A stretch of DNA of 64,000 nucleotides from Nitrosopumilus sp. (GTDB taxonomy: Archaea > Thermoproteota > Nitrososphaeria > Nitrososphaerales > Nitrosopumilaceae): contig OZ242186.1 in the NCBI GenBank assembly GCA_965205675.1, positions 608,001 to 672,000 on the forward strand. The letters are read 5' to 3'. Each line of letters begins with the position of its first letter. Positions within the stretch are counted from its first letter, which is position 1. The notes under the pieces were generated by a model. It saw only the letters and a program-made list of their open reading frames with translations, made no database searches and was not told the origin of the DNA. The position numbers were made by a program, and so were the translations under genes. Of the stretch, positions 9,286 to 18,784 are shown one piece after another.

Positions 9286-10446
9286 CTAATTTTTGCTTAT
9301 TTTGATATGTACTTTTTCACCTTTGTTTGAATTATTTTGATAAACTGTTCTGGTTTTGTATCCTTGTCTTTGAAGACATCCATCTAAAACTGATACCCAT
9401 GGTAATGAATGTCCACTGTTAAGTTTTGATTCTATTGTGATGTTTTTGGTATTTGCCTCAAAATTTACATGTCCTGAACACATAATTTGCATTACTGCAT
9501 CCATTATCTCAATTACGTCGTCTAGTGTTTTTGTTTTTAGATATATCCCATTTTTTTCTAATAATTTGAACATATCTGCTTCAGATTTTTTTGATATCAT
9601 TGCAGAATTTAGCAGATATGTTAGTCCTGACTCATTAACTATTTTAATAATTTTATAAATTTCCTGGGCTTCTGTCTTTGTCATATCTGCAAGTGCTTTT
9701 GTTTTTATTGCATTTTTCCAAATGTTTGCAAATATCTTTTCTTGATTTATTCCTAAAATCTCAGTTGATGAAAATATTGCCCCTTTTCCATTATCGCTGT
9801 TTACCATTAGTAATTCTGTTTCATCAAATATGAAACAGTTTTGTGTAATCTCTGATGCTCTAATTTCTGCTCTGTCTGGAATTGCTCTATATGATTCAGA
9901 ACAAATCTGTGATGGCAAAACAATGATTTTAACATCTAGATTACGACGTAATACTGATGCTAGTTGTTCTCTGCATTCTGCTAACAATCCAAATCCCCAT
10001 TGATCCGCCATAATTCTGATTGATGTTTTTGATCCTTCAATCATTGTTTGAAGTTGAGTTAATACATTATTTGCACTCAAATGGAAATATCTTTTTTCTT
10101 CAGATCCTCTTGTTCTCCTACTTTCTTCACTTGCCTTTTTTAAATTAGAAATTAGTGTATTCATTGCATTTACTTTGTTAATTTGTTCATGAATAATTCC
10201 ATCAAAAGCATCTTCTGGAGCAATTGCAGTACACATGATTGGCTTGCTTTTAGATATGATGACTAGTTTTTTATTTTCTAATTTTAGCAAGGTTGGATAG
10301 ATTTTTGTTCTAGGAATTTCTGAATAATATGCTAATTCACTAGCTGAAATTGTCCCTTTTGCAATTAGGGCCACGTATGCACGTGCTTCATATTTACTTA
10401 ATCCAAATTCTTCTAGACTAACTGTTAAAATATGTTCATTTACCAT
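9286..10446 (-). CDS. TrmB family transcriptional regulator
   Basis: FGLSKYEARAY..L and IPRTKIY wHTH plus effector domain. Confidence 0.9.
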   Translation of the reverse strand: MVNEHILTVSLEEFGLSKYEARAYVALIAKGTISASELAYYSEIPRTKIYPTLLKLENKKLVIISKSKPIMCTAIAPEDAFDGIIHEQINKVNAMNTLISNLKKASEESRRTRGSEEKRYFHLSANNVLTQLQTMIEGSKTSIRIMADQWGFGLLAECREQLASVLRRNLDVKIIVLPSQICSESYRAIPDRAEIRASEITQNCFIFDETELLMVNSDNGKGAIFSSTEILGINQEKIFANIWKNAIKTKALADMTKTEAQEIYKIIKIVNESGLTYLLNSAMISKKSEADMFKLLEKNGIYLKTKTLDDVIEIMDAVMQIMCSGHVNFEANTKNITIESKLNSGHSLPWVSVLDGCLQRQGYKTRTVYQNNSNKGEKVHIKISKN

Positions 10447-10560
10447 GATTATCCTTGATTTGTTATTAGGTAAAATTGAGAGCTAAATTCCTTTACACAA
10501 ATACTCAAAAAAAATCAAAATTGTATCTGTAGCTTGGTGTAACTGTGGTTACTAAATTAA

Positions 10561-11169
10561 TTGTTACAACGTCCTCAAATACCAAATTTTGAAGTTTCAA
10601 TTGGCATGTTGGTAAAATGTAATGTTGATTCATTTGAGATTGAAAATATCTCATATTCTGTGACTCTCGCCCCTAGATTGAAATATGCTGTTAATCTTTT
10701 AGATGAAATTATTAGTGTTTTAATCTCTAAACAGGATGAATTAAAAAATTCAAATAAAATTCTAATTCCTAATTTTGATGAATCTGATAAAACTAATCTT
10801 GATGCTCTTAAATTAGAATATTTGATATTTCTTTCTTTAGACACTCTTCTCCAAATAAAGAAAAGCATGAAAAGAATTTCTAATGTAAATAGCATTCCTG
10901 AAGTTCTTCCCCCCTCAATCCCCATGATTAGAACTGTTAGCGCACAATTATTTGATATTCTTCCAAATTGCAGTCAAAAATTATCTGAAATTTCTGTTCA
11001 TTTAGGCAGCATTGTGCTTGATTCTGCTGCTCTTACTACTGCTAGATTTGATTTCGGTCAATCAAATATGGAATCTGCAACTTTACTTAATGAAGTAAAA
11101 TTGATGGTCAACTCTAAATTAAATAAGCAGTACCCTAATCTTGATTTTCTCAAACTATGCAATACTTGA
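10561..11169 (+). CDS. Divergent ESCRT-III/CdvB-like helical protein
   Basis: C-terminal half resembles the CdvB helix pattern; same cluster as cdvC; start uncertain. Confidence 0.5.
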   Translation: MLQRPQIPNFEVSIGMLVKCNVDSFEIENISYSVTLAPRLKYAVNLLDEIISVLISKQDELKNSNKILIPNFDESDKTNLDALKLEYLIFLSLDTLLQIKKSMKRISNVNSIPEVLPPSIPMIRTVSAQLFDILPNCSQKLSEISVHLGSIVLDSAALTTARFDFGQSNMESATLLNEVKLMVNSKLNKQYPNLDFLKLCNT

Positions 11170-11657
11170 GAGTATTAAATCAAAAACGAAATTTTACAAA
11201 AGACATGGAGCGTATTAAGCTCATCTCTTTAAAAATTGATAAAAAATTATCTCGAATGAAATTATCTGATGATTCAAAAATTGATAAACTTACTCTAGAA
11301 GAATTACAGGATTTAGATAAAATTGTTGGTATTGCTGATTTTATGATGTGTAAATATGCTGATAAACAAGAAATGCGTTCAATTTTAAAGCATTTTACTT
11401 CAATCATTACTGAAACTGCTAGTTCTTTGGAATCTTTAGATGATGAGGTGGCCGAGTTGATAATTTCAGCTGAAGATTCTATTTGTAAAGTCAAAGATAT
11501 GCATACTAATATTTCTGAAAAATCTGATTTTAAGAAGAAATATCATGATGGGCCTGACTACAATGAACATGAAACAAGTGCAATTAATTTAACCAATTTT
11601 GCTACTGAGGTTCACACCATAGAATACCAACAAAATTATCCAAGAAAACTTGCGTAG
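11157..11657 (+). CDS. Hypothetical coiled-coil protein upstream of cdvC
   Basis: 166-aa helical acidic ORF in apparent operon. Confidence 0.7.
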   Translation: MQYLRVLNQKRNFTKDMERIKLISLKIDKKLSRMKLSDDSKIDKLTLEELQDLDKIVGIADFMMCKYADKQEMRSILKHFTSIITETASSLESLDDEVAELIISAEDSICKVKDMHTNISEKSDFKKKYHDGPDYNEHETSAINLTNFATEVHTIEYQQNYPRKLA

Positions 11658-11666
11658 GTAATTAGG

Positions 11667-12860
11667 ATGAGTTTGGCCCCCCAAGAATTAGAAAACACAG
11701 CAAGCAAATATGCTTCTGAAGCTATCAAATTTGATTCTCAAGGTGCTCGGGGTATGGCAATTACTCATTATCAACAAGCAATTGATTCTCTAGTAAAATT
11801 ATTACAATTATATCCAAACAGTAAACTGAACCAAATCTACAAAGAACGATGTAATTCTTATCATAGTAGAATTCAAGCTTTGCAACAATCTCATGGTGTT
11901 GAGCCTGCAGTTGATCCAAAAGCTTCTGATTCAGACCAAAAGAAATCTGTACAGAGACAAGAAAATGAAAATGATTTTGAAGAATTAGTCATGAAAGAAA
12001 AACCTGATGTTACTTGGGATCAAGTAATTGGTTTAGATGATGCTAAAAGTGCATTACGTGAATCTATTGTATATCCTACTAAAAGACCTGACTTATTTCC
12101 ACTTGGTTGGCCAAAAGGCATGTTATTGTATGGGCCACCAGGAACAGGAAAGACTATGCTTGCAGCAGCTACTGCAAATGAAATGGATGGCTATTTCATT
12201 AATGTTGATGCATCATCTATGATGAGTAAATGGCTGGGTGAGGCTGAAAAGAATGTTTCAAAATTATTTGCTATGGCAAGACAATATGCTGAAAAAGAAG
12301 GTAAACCTGTTATTTTGTTTGTAGATGAAGTTGATTCCCTATTAGGTTCCAGAAATAGTGAGGTTGGTGGGGAAGTTAGAACTAAAAATCAATTTTTAAC
12401 TGAAATGGATGGAGTAAATGGAAAAGGAAAAGATTTGATGTTGTATGTAATTGGTGCAACAAACAAACCTTGGAGTCTTGATTGGCCATTTCTTAGACGA
12501 TTCCAAAAGAGAATTTATGTATCGCTACCTACACAAGCAGCTAGGGAAAATCTCTTTGAACAATACACTGCTCCTTTGAGTAAAAATCTCAATGTAAATA
12601 ATAGAGAACTTGCAAAAATATTTGATGGTTACAGTGCAAGTGACATCAAAGATGTCTGTCAAGCAGCACAGATTAAAACAGTTCATGAAATTTTTGATTC
12701 TCCTGATTATCATGAGCCTGTTGAAGGTGAAGAGCCAATTCAACCTAGGGCACTCACAACAGCTGATTTCAAAAATATTATGGAAAGAAGAAAACCGAGT
12801 GTTTCCCCTGAGATGATTAGAGCATATCATAAGTGGAGCGAAGAGTTCCAAGCCCTCTAA
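11667..12860 (+). CDS. cdvC: Vps4-like AAA+ ATPase CdvC
   Basis: N-terminal MIT domain, GPPGTGKT, SKWLGE pore loop, FVDEVD, ATNKPW and RRF. Confidence 0.92.
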   Translation: MSLAPQELENTASKYASEAIKFDSQGARGMAITHYQQAIDSLVKLLQLYPNSKLNQIYKERCNSYHSRIQALQQSHGVEPAVDPKASDSDQKKSVQRQENENDFEELVMKEKPDVTWDQVIGLDDAKSALRESIVYPTKRPDLFPLGWPKGMLLYGPPGTGKTMLAAATANEMDGYFINVDASSMMSKWLGEAEKNVSKLFAMARQYAEKEGKPVILFVDEVDSLLGSRNSEVGGEVRTKNQFLTEMDGVNGKGKDLMLYVIGATNKPWSLDWPFLRRFQKRIYVSLPTQAARENLFEQYTAPLSKNLNVNNRELAKIFDGYSASDIKDVCQAAQIKTVHEIFDSPDYHEPVEGEEPIQPRALTTADFKNIMERRKPSVSPEMIRAYHKWSEEFQAL

Positions 12861-13138
12861 TTGTTAACTTTTAATTTATGATCAGTTTTTTGAATTTTTA
12901 ATACGCATAAAACTTAAACTTTAGGTGCGGGTTTTGGTCGTTTGGTTTCATCTGTGTGGTATTTTGGGCATAATTTTGGCATTTTTTCTGAATTTTCAAG
13001 ATTAATTTTGATTGTAATGATGCCAATTTATGAATCAGGTTTTCAACAAAATTAAATTTTTTCTACATCTCCATTCTTGACAATAAAGGAAATAATTGTG
13101 GAAAACTTCAACCATTATGCATAGATCCTCAAACTTTT

Positions 13139-13483
13139 GTGTCTGGTATTGTGGTAAAAATGAGATTATCAAAAGAATATTTTATTTCAAAATCTTATTT
13201 TGAATTAATTGATAAAATGTATCTCGCGTTGAATTCCATTCCAATTAAATCTGGAGATAAGCCTGTAAATGTCGACAAAAGAAATCTGGACAAGGTAATC
13301 AAAATAAATTTCAGTTTTGAAACAAATCATCTTGAATCACTAGAAATCAAATCGGGTTTTAAATCCAAAATTATTTCTGCTGATAGAATAATTAGAGTCG
13401 GAGAAAAAAATTACTATAAAATCAATTTCAAATTAATGCAATTATTTCTTTTTTTGAGAATTTTTTGTAATCATTATAGTTAA
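13139..13483 (+). CDS. Hypothetical protein or fragment
   Basis: 114-aa ORF without motif, ending inside the IS630 end. Confidence 0.25.
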   Translation: MSGIVVKMRLSKEYFISKSYFELIDKMYLALNSIPIKSGDKPVNVDKRNLDKVIKINFSFETNHLESLEIKSGFKSKIISADRIIRVGEKNYYKINFKLMQLFLFLRIFCNHYS

Positions 13484-14622
13484 GGCATTAAATATTTGAA
13501 CACTTTAACAACTCGAACCGCTCCATTATCTAGTCTCTTCTGCATGTGTTTTCTCATTTCAGTTCCATTTGCAAAGAATGTATTGGCATTACCATTTTTC
13601 TCTTCTCTCCACTGTATCTCAATTGGATTGAGTTCTGGAGTGTATGCAGGAAAATATCTAATTATTACTTTATTTTTTGGTGCTTTGAGAAATTCTTTTA
13701 CTCGGACACTTTTGTGGTATGATGCATTATCTGCAAACAGTAACAATTTCTTACCAAATTGTTTTTGCAGTGATTCTAAAAAATCAAGAAATGAGTCTGT
13801 GTTTGATTTATCATAGAACCTGCAAAAAAATACACCGTTATTGCCCAATGCACCAAATGATTGAAATTTTTCTCGAGTGTAATTAATTGGTGTGGTAATG
13901 TTATTGCCTGCAAGATACCATCCGCGCTTTATGTTGGGTGCTACTTTATTTGTTGACTCGTCCAGACATAGTGTGGTGTATCCCAATTTGGAATATTTTT
14001 TGATACTCCTTTTTGCGTTTTTTTAAAACGGGTTTGTTCCTCTTTTGAGGCTGATTTGTGATGAGTCTGTCTTGGTTTTTTAGATGAGAATCCGATTCTG
14101 TGCAGCAATTCACGCATTCCTCTTGCAGAGTATAGCGTGTTGTATTTTTTATTCACATGTGTAATTACCATTCTTGTACTCCACATGAATTGATTGAATC
14201 CAAACTTTTCTGGACCTGAAATTAGATCATCTCTTAATGACACTAGTTGTTTTTTATTTAAGAAACATCTAGAGCCAGAATATTCCTTACGGTGTGATGC
14301 AGTTATTCCCTCTTTATCCATTCGATTTAGCCAGTAGGACAGAGTTGATGGTATGACATCCAAACTGGCACATATCACAGAATACGGAATATCTTGTTTT
14401 CTTAGTATTGCAGCCTTTAATCTTATCTTCGCTTTTGCATTTTTTTCATTCTTGCATGTTTTTCTTAAAAAATTAATGCTTGTTCCTTTCATGAAATGGC
14501 TTCCTGAAGATACCATTAATGCTTTAGTTTGTTTTGACATGATTCTGTAAGTATAAACTATGATCTAGATCTTTTGGGTTAAAATAGTTGATAATTCGTT
14601 CAAAATTTATATGCCTAAACTA
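13477..14622 (-). mobile_element. IS630 family element
   Basis: Inverted repeats TAGTTAAGGCAT (13477) and ATGCCTAAACTA (ending 14622); TA duplication at 13475-76 and 14623-24. Confidence 0.92.
13480..14540 (-). CDS. IS630 transposase, orfA (HTH) and orfB (DDE) joined by -1 frameshift
   Basis: LDES, DNASYH, PAYTPELNPIE; A7 run (T7 at 14018-14024) whose -1 frame reads NAKRSIKKYSKLGYTTLCLDE. Confidence 0.88.
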
Positions 14623-15204
14623 TAGCACTTTGTCGTTAAATCTTTGATTAGGAATGAATATTTTTGAACCTTCTTTTGTAGCTGCTGTTGTTTTTGATAG
14701 TCCTATCTTATTATTTCTCCTTTAGATTCTTTGATCTGGATTATATCTTCTACATTCACTTCATTGTTGAAAAATATTCATATTCCTGAAAAACCCCATT
14801 TTTTAATGTGTTTTGAAATGACATGCATAGAGCAATCATTCCCACTCCGATAGATGTAACAATTTCCAAAGCAAAATCAAAAAGATCATAAATTAATCCT
14901 AAAAATAACAATTCCCTAAAAACTATCAGAATAGATGACATCGTGAGAATTTTCTGATTTCCATGAAGATCTTTTAATTTATGATTGATGATTACTTTGG
15001 AAACAAAGAATAATGATACTGTAATTACAAGTAAAACTAAAACTGGAACGATGTCTTCTGCCCTTGTATGTTGTGTATTTGATATTGTCTGGGAAAAGAA
15101 CGTTTGTTTATACTTGAATGTATGTGATTTGAATAGAATCTGTTATTGGTTAAATTTTCGGGGCCTATTTACAATAATGATGTTAAAATAATTGATTTGG
15201 ATTA

Positions 15205-15684
15205 ATGTTGTGTTGGTTATGCATGGTTAAAAAAAGTAAAAAATCTAAGTATTTCAAAAAAATAGTTCAAAAAAACCAAGAAATTTTTGATGACTTGACA
15301 AAAAATTATTCCCAAACTGTAGAATCTGGAAAACAGTTAGGGAAAGATTCGTTGGAAAAGATTAATGATGTAACTACTACTGGAACTGAATTTTCAAAAT
15401 CTCAACAATATATAAAATTAATTAAAGAAAGATCTCTAAAAATGAAAGAGAAGAGTTCAGAACAGAGTGAGATATTAAAAAAACAAAGTCCAAAGTTTTA
15501 CAAGAAAATTAGAAATGGATTATTTTGTTTTTTTGAATTAATTGTTGGGGGAATTAAGCTGGGTACACAGTATGATGCTGCAAGTCTTGAGATTTTAGAA
15601 AAATTGGCTAAACTCAAAGAATTAGGGATAATTACTGAAAAAGAATTTACTGATAAAAAGAAAAAAATCTTGGAGAGGATTTGA
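15205..15684 (+). CDS. SHOCT domain protein
   Basis: C-terminal LEKLAKLKELGIITEKEFTDKKKKIL; start may be 15223. Confidence 0.8.
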   Translation: MLCWLCMVKKSKKSKYFKKIVQKNQEIFDDLTKNYSQTVESGKQLGKDSLEKINDVTTTGTEFSKSQQYIKLIKERSLKMKEKSSEQSEILKKQSPKFYKKIRNGLFCFFELIVGGIKLGTQYDAASLEILEKLAKLKELGIITEKEFTDKKKKILERI

Positions 15685-15690
15685 TTTATT

Positions 15691-16437
15691 TTGATACATG
15701 AAACAGATTTGAAACCTACAGCTGTTTCTGAAAAACAAACGATTGTTTTACGAACAAAACTAAAACCTCAAGAAATAATGGATATTTTTGAAAAGAAAAA
15801 AACATCTCTTTTTGGTTCAGCATTGCGACGTCCTAAACCATCTGAAATTATTTCCAAACCTTTTGAATTGTTTTTAGAACAATTCATCCATGTCTCAGGT
15901 TCTTATTCCATTAACTTTGAACGCGAGGTATGTTACATAATCAAAGTTGATGAGAATGTCACTGATGTTACTATTGGTAATGATAAATTTGCAGTAGCTA
16001 ATGTTTCTGGTGTCTTTGAGAAATTTGGTAAAAAAATGAAAGAAGGTGTTGGATTGACAAAAAAAGATCTGAAAATCAATGTGATAGAACATGCAGTAGA
16101 TGGTGTTGATGACTCGCTGTATTTTGATTCTAACGGGTTAGAGTCTACTTTTGATTATGCTATTAATTCCGATTCTATTGAGAATTACTCTCAAAAAATA
16201 TTGGATGCAAATAAAGGGCATATTCGAAATGTACCACTTGAAGAAAAGATGATTTTTTCTAAATTGGCACAAAACCTGAAGAAAAATCTTGACTCTAACA
16301 TACAAATTAATTCTGAAGATTTTACTATAACTGAATTTAAAGAAATATTCGTTCCAATTTATGAAATAAAATGTCACGATACAAAAGGCAAATCTGCTGT
16401 GGCACGAATTGATGCTTTAACTGGGAAATTTTTCTAA
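15691..16437 (+). CDS. Conserved hypothetical protein
   Basis: 248 aa; C-terminal VPIYE...IDALTG. Confidence 0.75.
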   Translation: MIHETDLKPTAVSEKQTIVLRTKLKPQEIMDIFEKKKTSLFGSALRRPKPSEIISKPFELFLEQFIHVSGSYSINFEREVCYIIKVDENVTDVTIGNDKFAVANVSGVFEKFGKKMKEGVGLTKKDLKINVIEHAVDGVDDSLYFDSNGLESTFDYAINSDSIENYSQKILDANKGHIRNVPLEEKMIFSKLAQNLKKNLDSNIQINSEDFTITEFKEIFVPIYEIKCHDTKGKSAVARIDALTGKFF

Positions 16438-16449
16438 TAGGTTTCTGAT

Positions 16450-16701
16450 ATGCAAGCCTATATCTTGATCAAATGTACTTCTGGTTCTGAAAATAAGATA
16501 ATTTCGGAATTTAATGAACTACCAGAAATAGTTGAAATAAATGGGATTTGGGGAATGTATGATATTTTTCTAAAAGTTGTAACTCAAGATCCTTTTGGTG
16601 TGGATGTAATCGTTAAAAGACTACGAAATTATCCTGATGTCACTTTAACAGAGACTTGTGACGTATTGTATGGACAAGGTGGAACGATAGATCATCAATA
16701 A
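16450..16701 (+). CDS. Lrp/AsnC ligand-binding domain protein
   Basis: AYILI, GMYDIFLKV and V..TET pattern; no HTH. Confidence 0.85.
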   Translation: MQAYILIKCTSGSENKIISEFNELPEIVEINGIWGMYDIFLKVVTQDPFGVDVIVKRLRNYPDVTLTETCDVLYGQGGTIDHQ

Positions 16702-16741
16702 AAATGGATTTAATTTTTAAAATTTCTGGAAAAGATGAATT

Positions 16742-18526
16742 TTGACTGTCGAAGTAACTGATTTTTTAGCATTATTGGCATTGCTGCTTGGAGGAGGTAT
16801 GATTGGAGCAGGAATAATGAAAAAAATAAAATTTCCTACTATTATTGGTTTTATTTTAATTGGAATGATAGCTGGTCCATATGGTCTTGGTATTGTAGAT
16901 GATGTAGAGTTAATCAATTTACTTGCAGAGCTTGGAATTATTATTCTTCTATTTGTTGTAGGATTGGAGTTTAGTTTACAGAAATTACGAAAGGCAGGAA
17001 TAAAACCAATTGTTGTGGGAATGTCAGAACTTTCCATAATGTTCTTCTTGGCATACATTGGTGCATTTTCTTTTGGTTGGTCTCATTTAGAAGCACTATA
17101 CCTTGCAGGAATTTTATCTATTAGTAGCACTGCAATTTCTCTTCGAGTTTTAAGAGATTTGAATTTGGTTAAAACTAAAGAATTCAATACTGTAATTACA
17201 ATTTTAATCGTTGAAGATCTTGCAGCTGTATTACTCTTAGTTATTCTAGGGAATGCGTCAGCTGGTGCTGAACTTGACTTTACAGGAATCGGAATTTTAG
17301 TTTTACAGAGTTTAACGTTCTTTGTTGTTGCATTAGGTTTAGGAATTAAGTTGATTCCAAAGTTATTGGAAAAAATTCATGGATTGGATATTCCTGAAGG
17401 TCCTTTCATCACTGCATTAGCTCTGGGCTTTGGTTTGGCTGTTCTTGCTCATTTTCTAGGGCAAAGTTCTGCCATTGGAGCGTTTATCATGGGAATGATT
17501 ATTGCATCATCAAAACATTCTGAACGTATTACTGAAAAAATTCTCCCATTACGAGATTTCTTTGGAGTGATATTCTTTGTATCTATTGGAATGCTTGTCA
17601 ACATTATGGCAATTCCTGAAGTTGCTTTGATTTCAATACCTATCATAATCTTAGCCATAATTGGAAAGTTTGTGGGTAATTTCTTTGGAGCATCAATTGG
17701 AGGTCTTGGTGTTACTGGTGCATCCACTGTGGGAACTGTCATGGTGCCTAGAGGAGAGTTTTCATTTATCATGGCAAAACAGGCAGTAGATAGCGGTTCT
17801 GTTAGAGATGCGCTGTATCCTGTTACTATGCTTGTAACATTAGCAACAATGCTGTGCATCCCATTATTGTTGAGAATACTTCCAACCCTCACAAATTCTC
17901 AAAGCATGGTTCCTATGAAATTACTAAACTCTATTTTCATTGTTGGTAGATTTTTTCACAAATTGATGAGTTCATCTGATGAAGATAACCAATTCAATAA
18001 GTTACTCAAAGAACATGGTCCAAAGTTTTTTGTAAATTTGATGATAGTTATTGCAATTTTGGCCATAATTGATTACTTTACTGATCAAATAGTGGCAATC
18101 ATCACTCAAATTGGAATTCCTTTAGCTCTTGAACCCGAAATATTACTAACAATTGTCAGTATTTTGTTAATTATTTACCCTGTAATTGCAATGCTTGGTA
18201 AAATTGAAAGACTTGTAACAAACATATCTGATATTTTATCTACAAAACTAATTCCTGCTGATACAAAAAAACTAGAAGAAAAACCTTTACATAGATTACT
18301 GAGAAATATTTTCTTTGTTGGATTTATTTTGGTATTAATTGCAGTAATACAACCATACATTGGAGATATTGAATTCCTTCCGATTTTACCATTTATTATA
18401 TCTGGAATTGGTCTTGCAATAGCAATTTTGTTAATTGCAGATTCTGTATTTGTATTTCAAAAACTATCTCATGGGCATATTATGGAGAGTTTAATGAAAG
18501 ATGATGAAGATTTTGAATCAAAATAA
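16742..18526 (+). CDS. CPA2 cation:proton antiporter (Kef-like) with extra C-terminal TM domain
   Basis: LFVVGLE, SSTAI, IVEDL, FFVSIG and VPRGEF motifs. Confidence 0.92.
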   Translation: MTVEVTDFLALLALLLGGGMIGAGIMKKIKFPTIIGFILIGMIAGPYGLGIVDDVELINLLAELGIIILLFVVGLEFSLQKLRKAGIKPIVVGMSELSIMFFLAYIGAFSFGWSHLEALYLAGILSISSTAISLRVLRDLNLVKTKEFNTVITILIVEDLAAVLLLVILGNASAGAELDFTGIGILVLQSLTFFVVALGLGIKLIPKLLEKIHGLDIPEGPFITALALGFGLAVLAHFLGQSSAIGAFIMGMIIASSKHSERITEKILPLRDFFGVIFFVSIGMLVNIMAIPEVALISIPIIILAIIGKFVGNFFGASIGGLGVTGASTVGTVMVPRGEFSFIMAKQAVDSGSVRDALYPVTMLVTLATMLCIPLLLRILPTLTNSQSMVPMKLLNSIFIVGRFFHKLMSSSDEDNQFNKLLKEHGPKFFVNLMIVIAILAIIDYFTDQIVAIITQIGIPLALEPEILLTIVSILLIIYPVIAMLGKIERLVTNISDILSTKLIPADTKKLEEKPLHRLLRNIFFVGFILVLIAVIQPYIGDIEFLPILPFIISGIGLAIAILLIADSVFVFQKLSHGHIMESLMKDDEDFESK

Positions 18527-18784
18527 AGTGTCCCACATGCGTATAGAGGAATCACTATTTTCTAGAGGTACCTAAAATGTTCTTCTGCACATATGTCACA
18601 ACAAAAATTCCTTGTAAATAATTCAAATTTTTTCTCACAATTTTTACATTTTACATCTATAGCAGTTCGTCAAAAAATCTATTTCTTATAGTGGAAATAT
18701 TAATCGTTTTTACGTAAATGGGTAGTAGATTAGCCATAATTTGACTTGGGATAGTATTTGTACTGGTTTCAATTTTACTATGTG

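Larger units (their letters stand above)
13442..15075 (-). pseudogene. MscS-type mechanosensitive channel pseudogene interrupted by IS630
   Basis: Fragments give TM helices, FQNTLKN..SGI*IFF.NEVNVEDIIQI..KGEII / IGLSKT..TKEGSKIFIPNQ; two frameshifts and one stop; frame continues across the empty IS site to TAA at 13442-13444. Confidence 0.7.
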
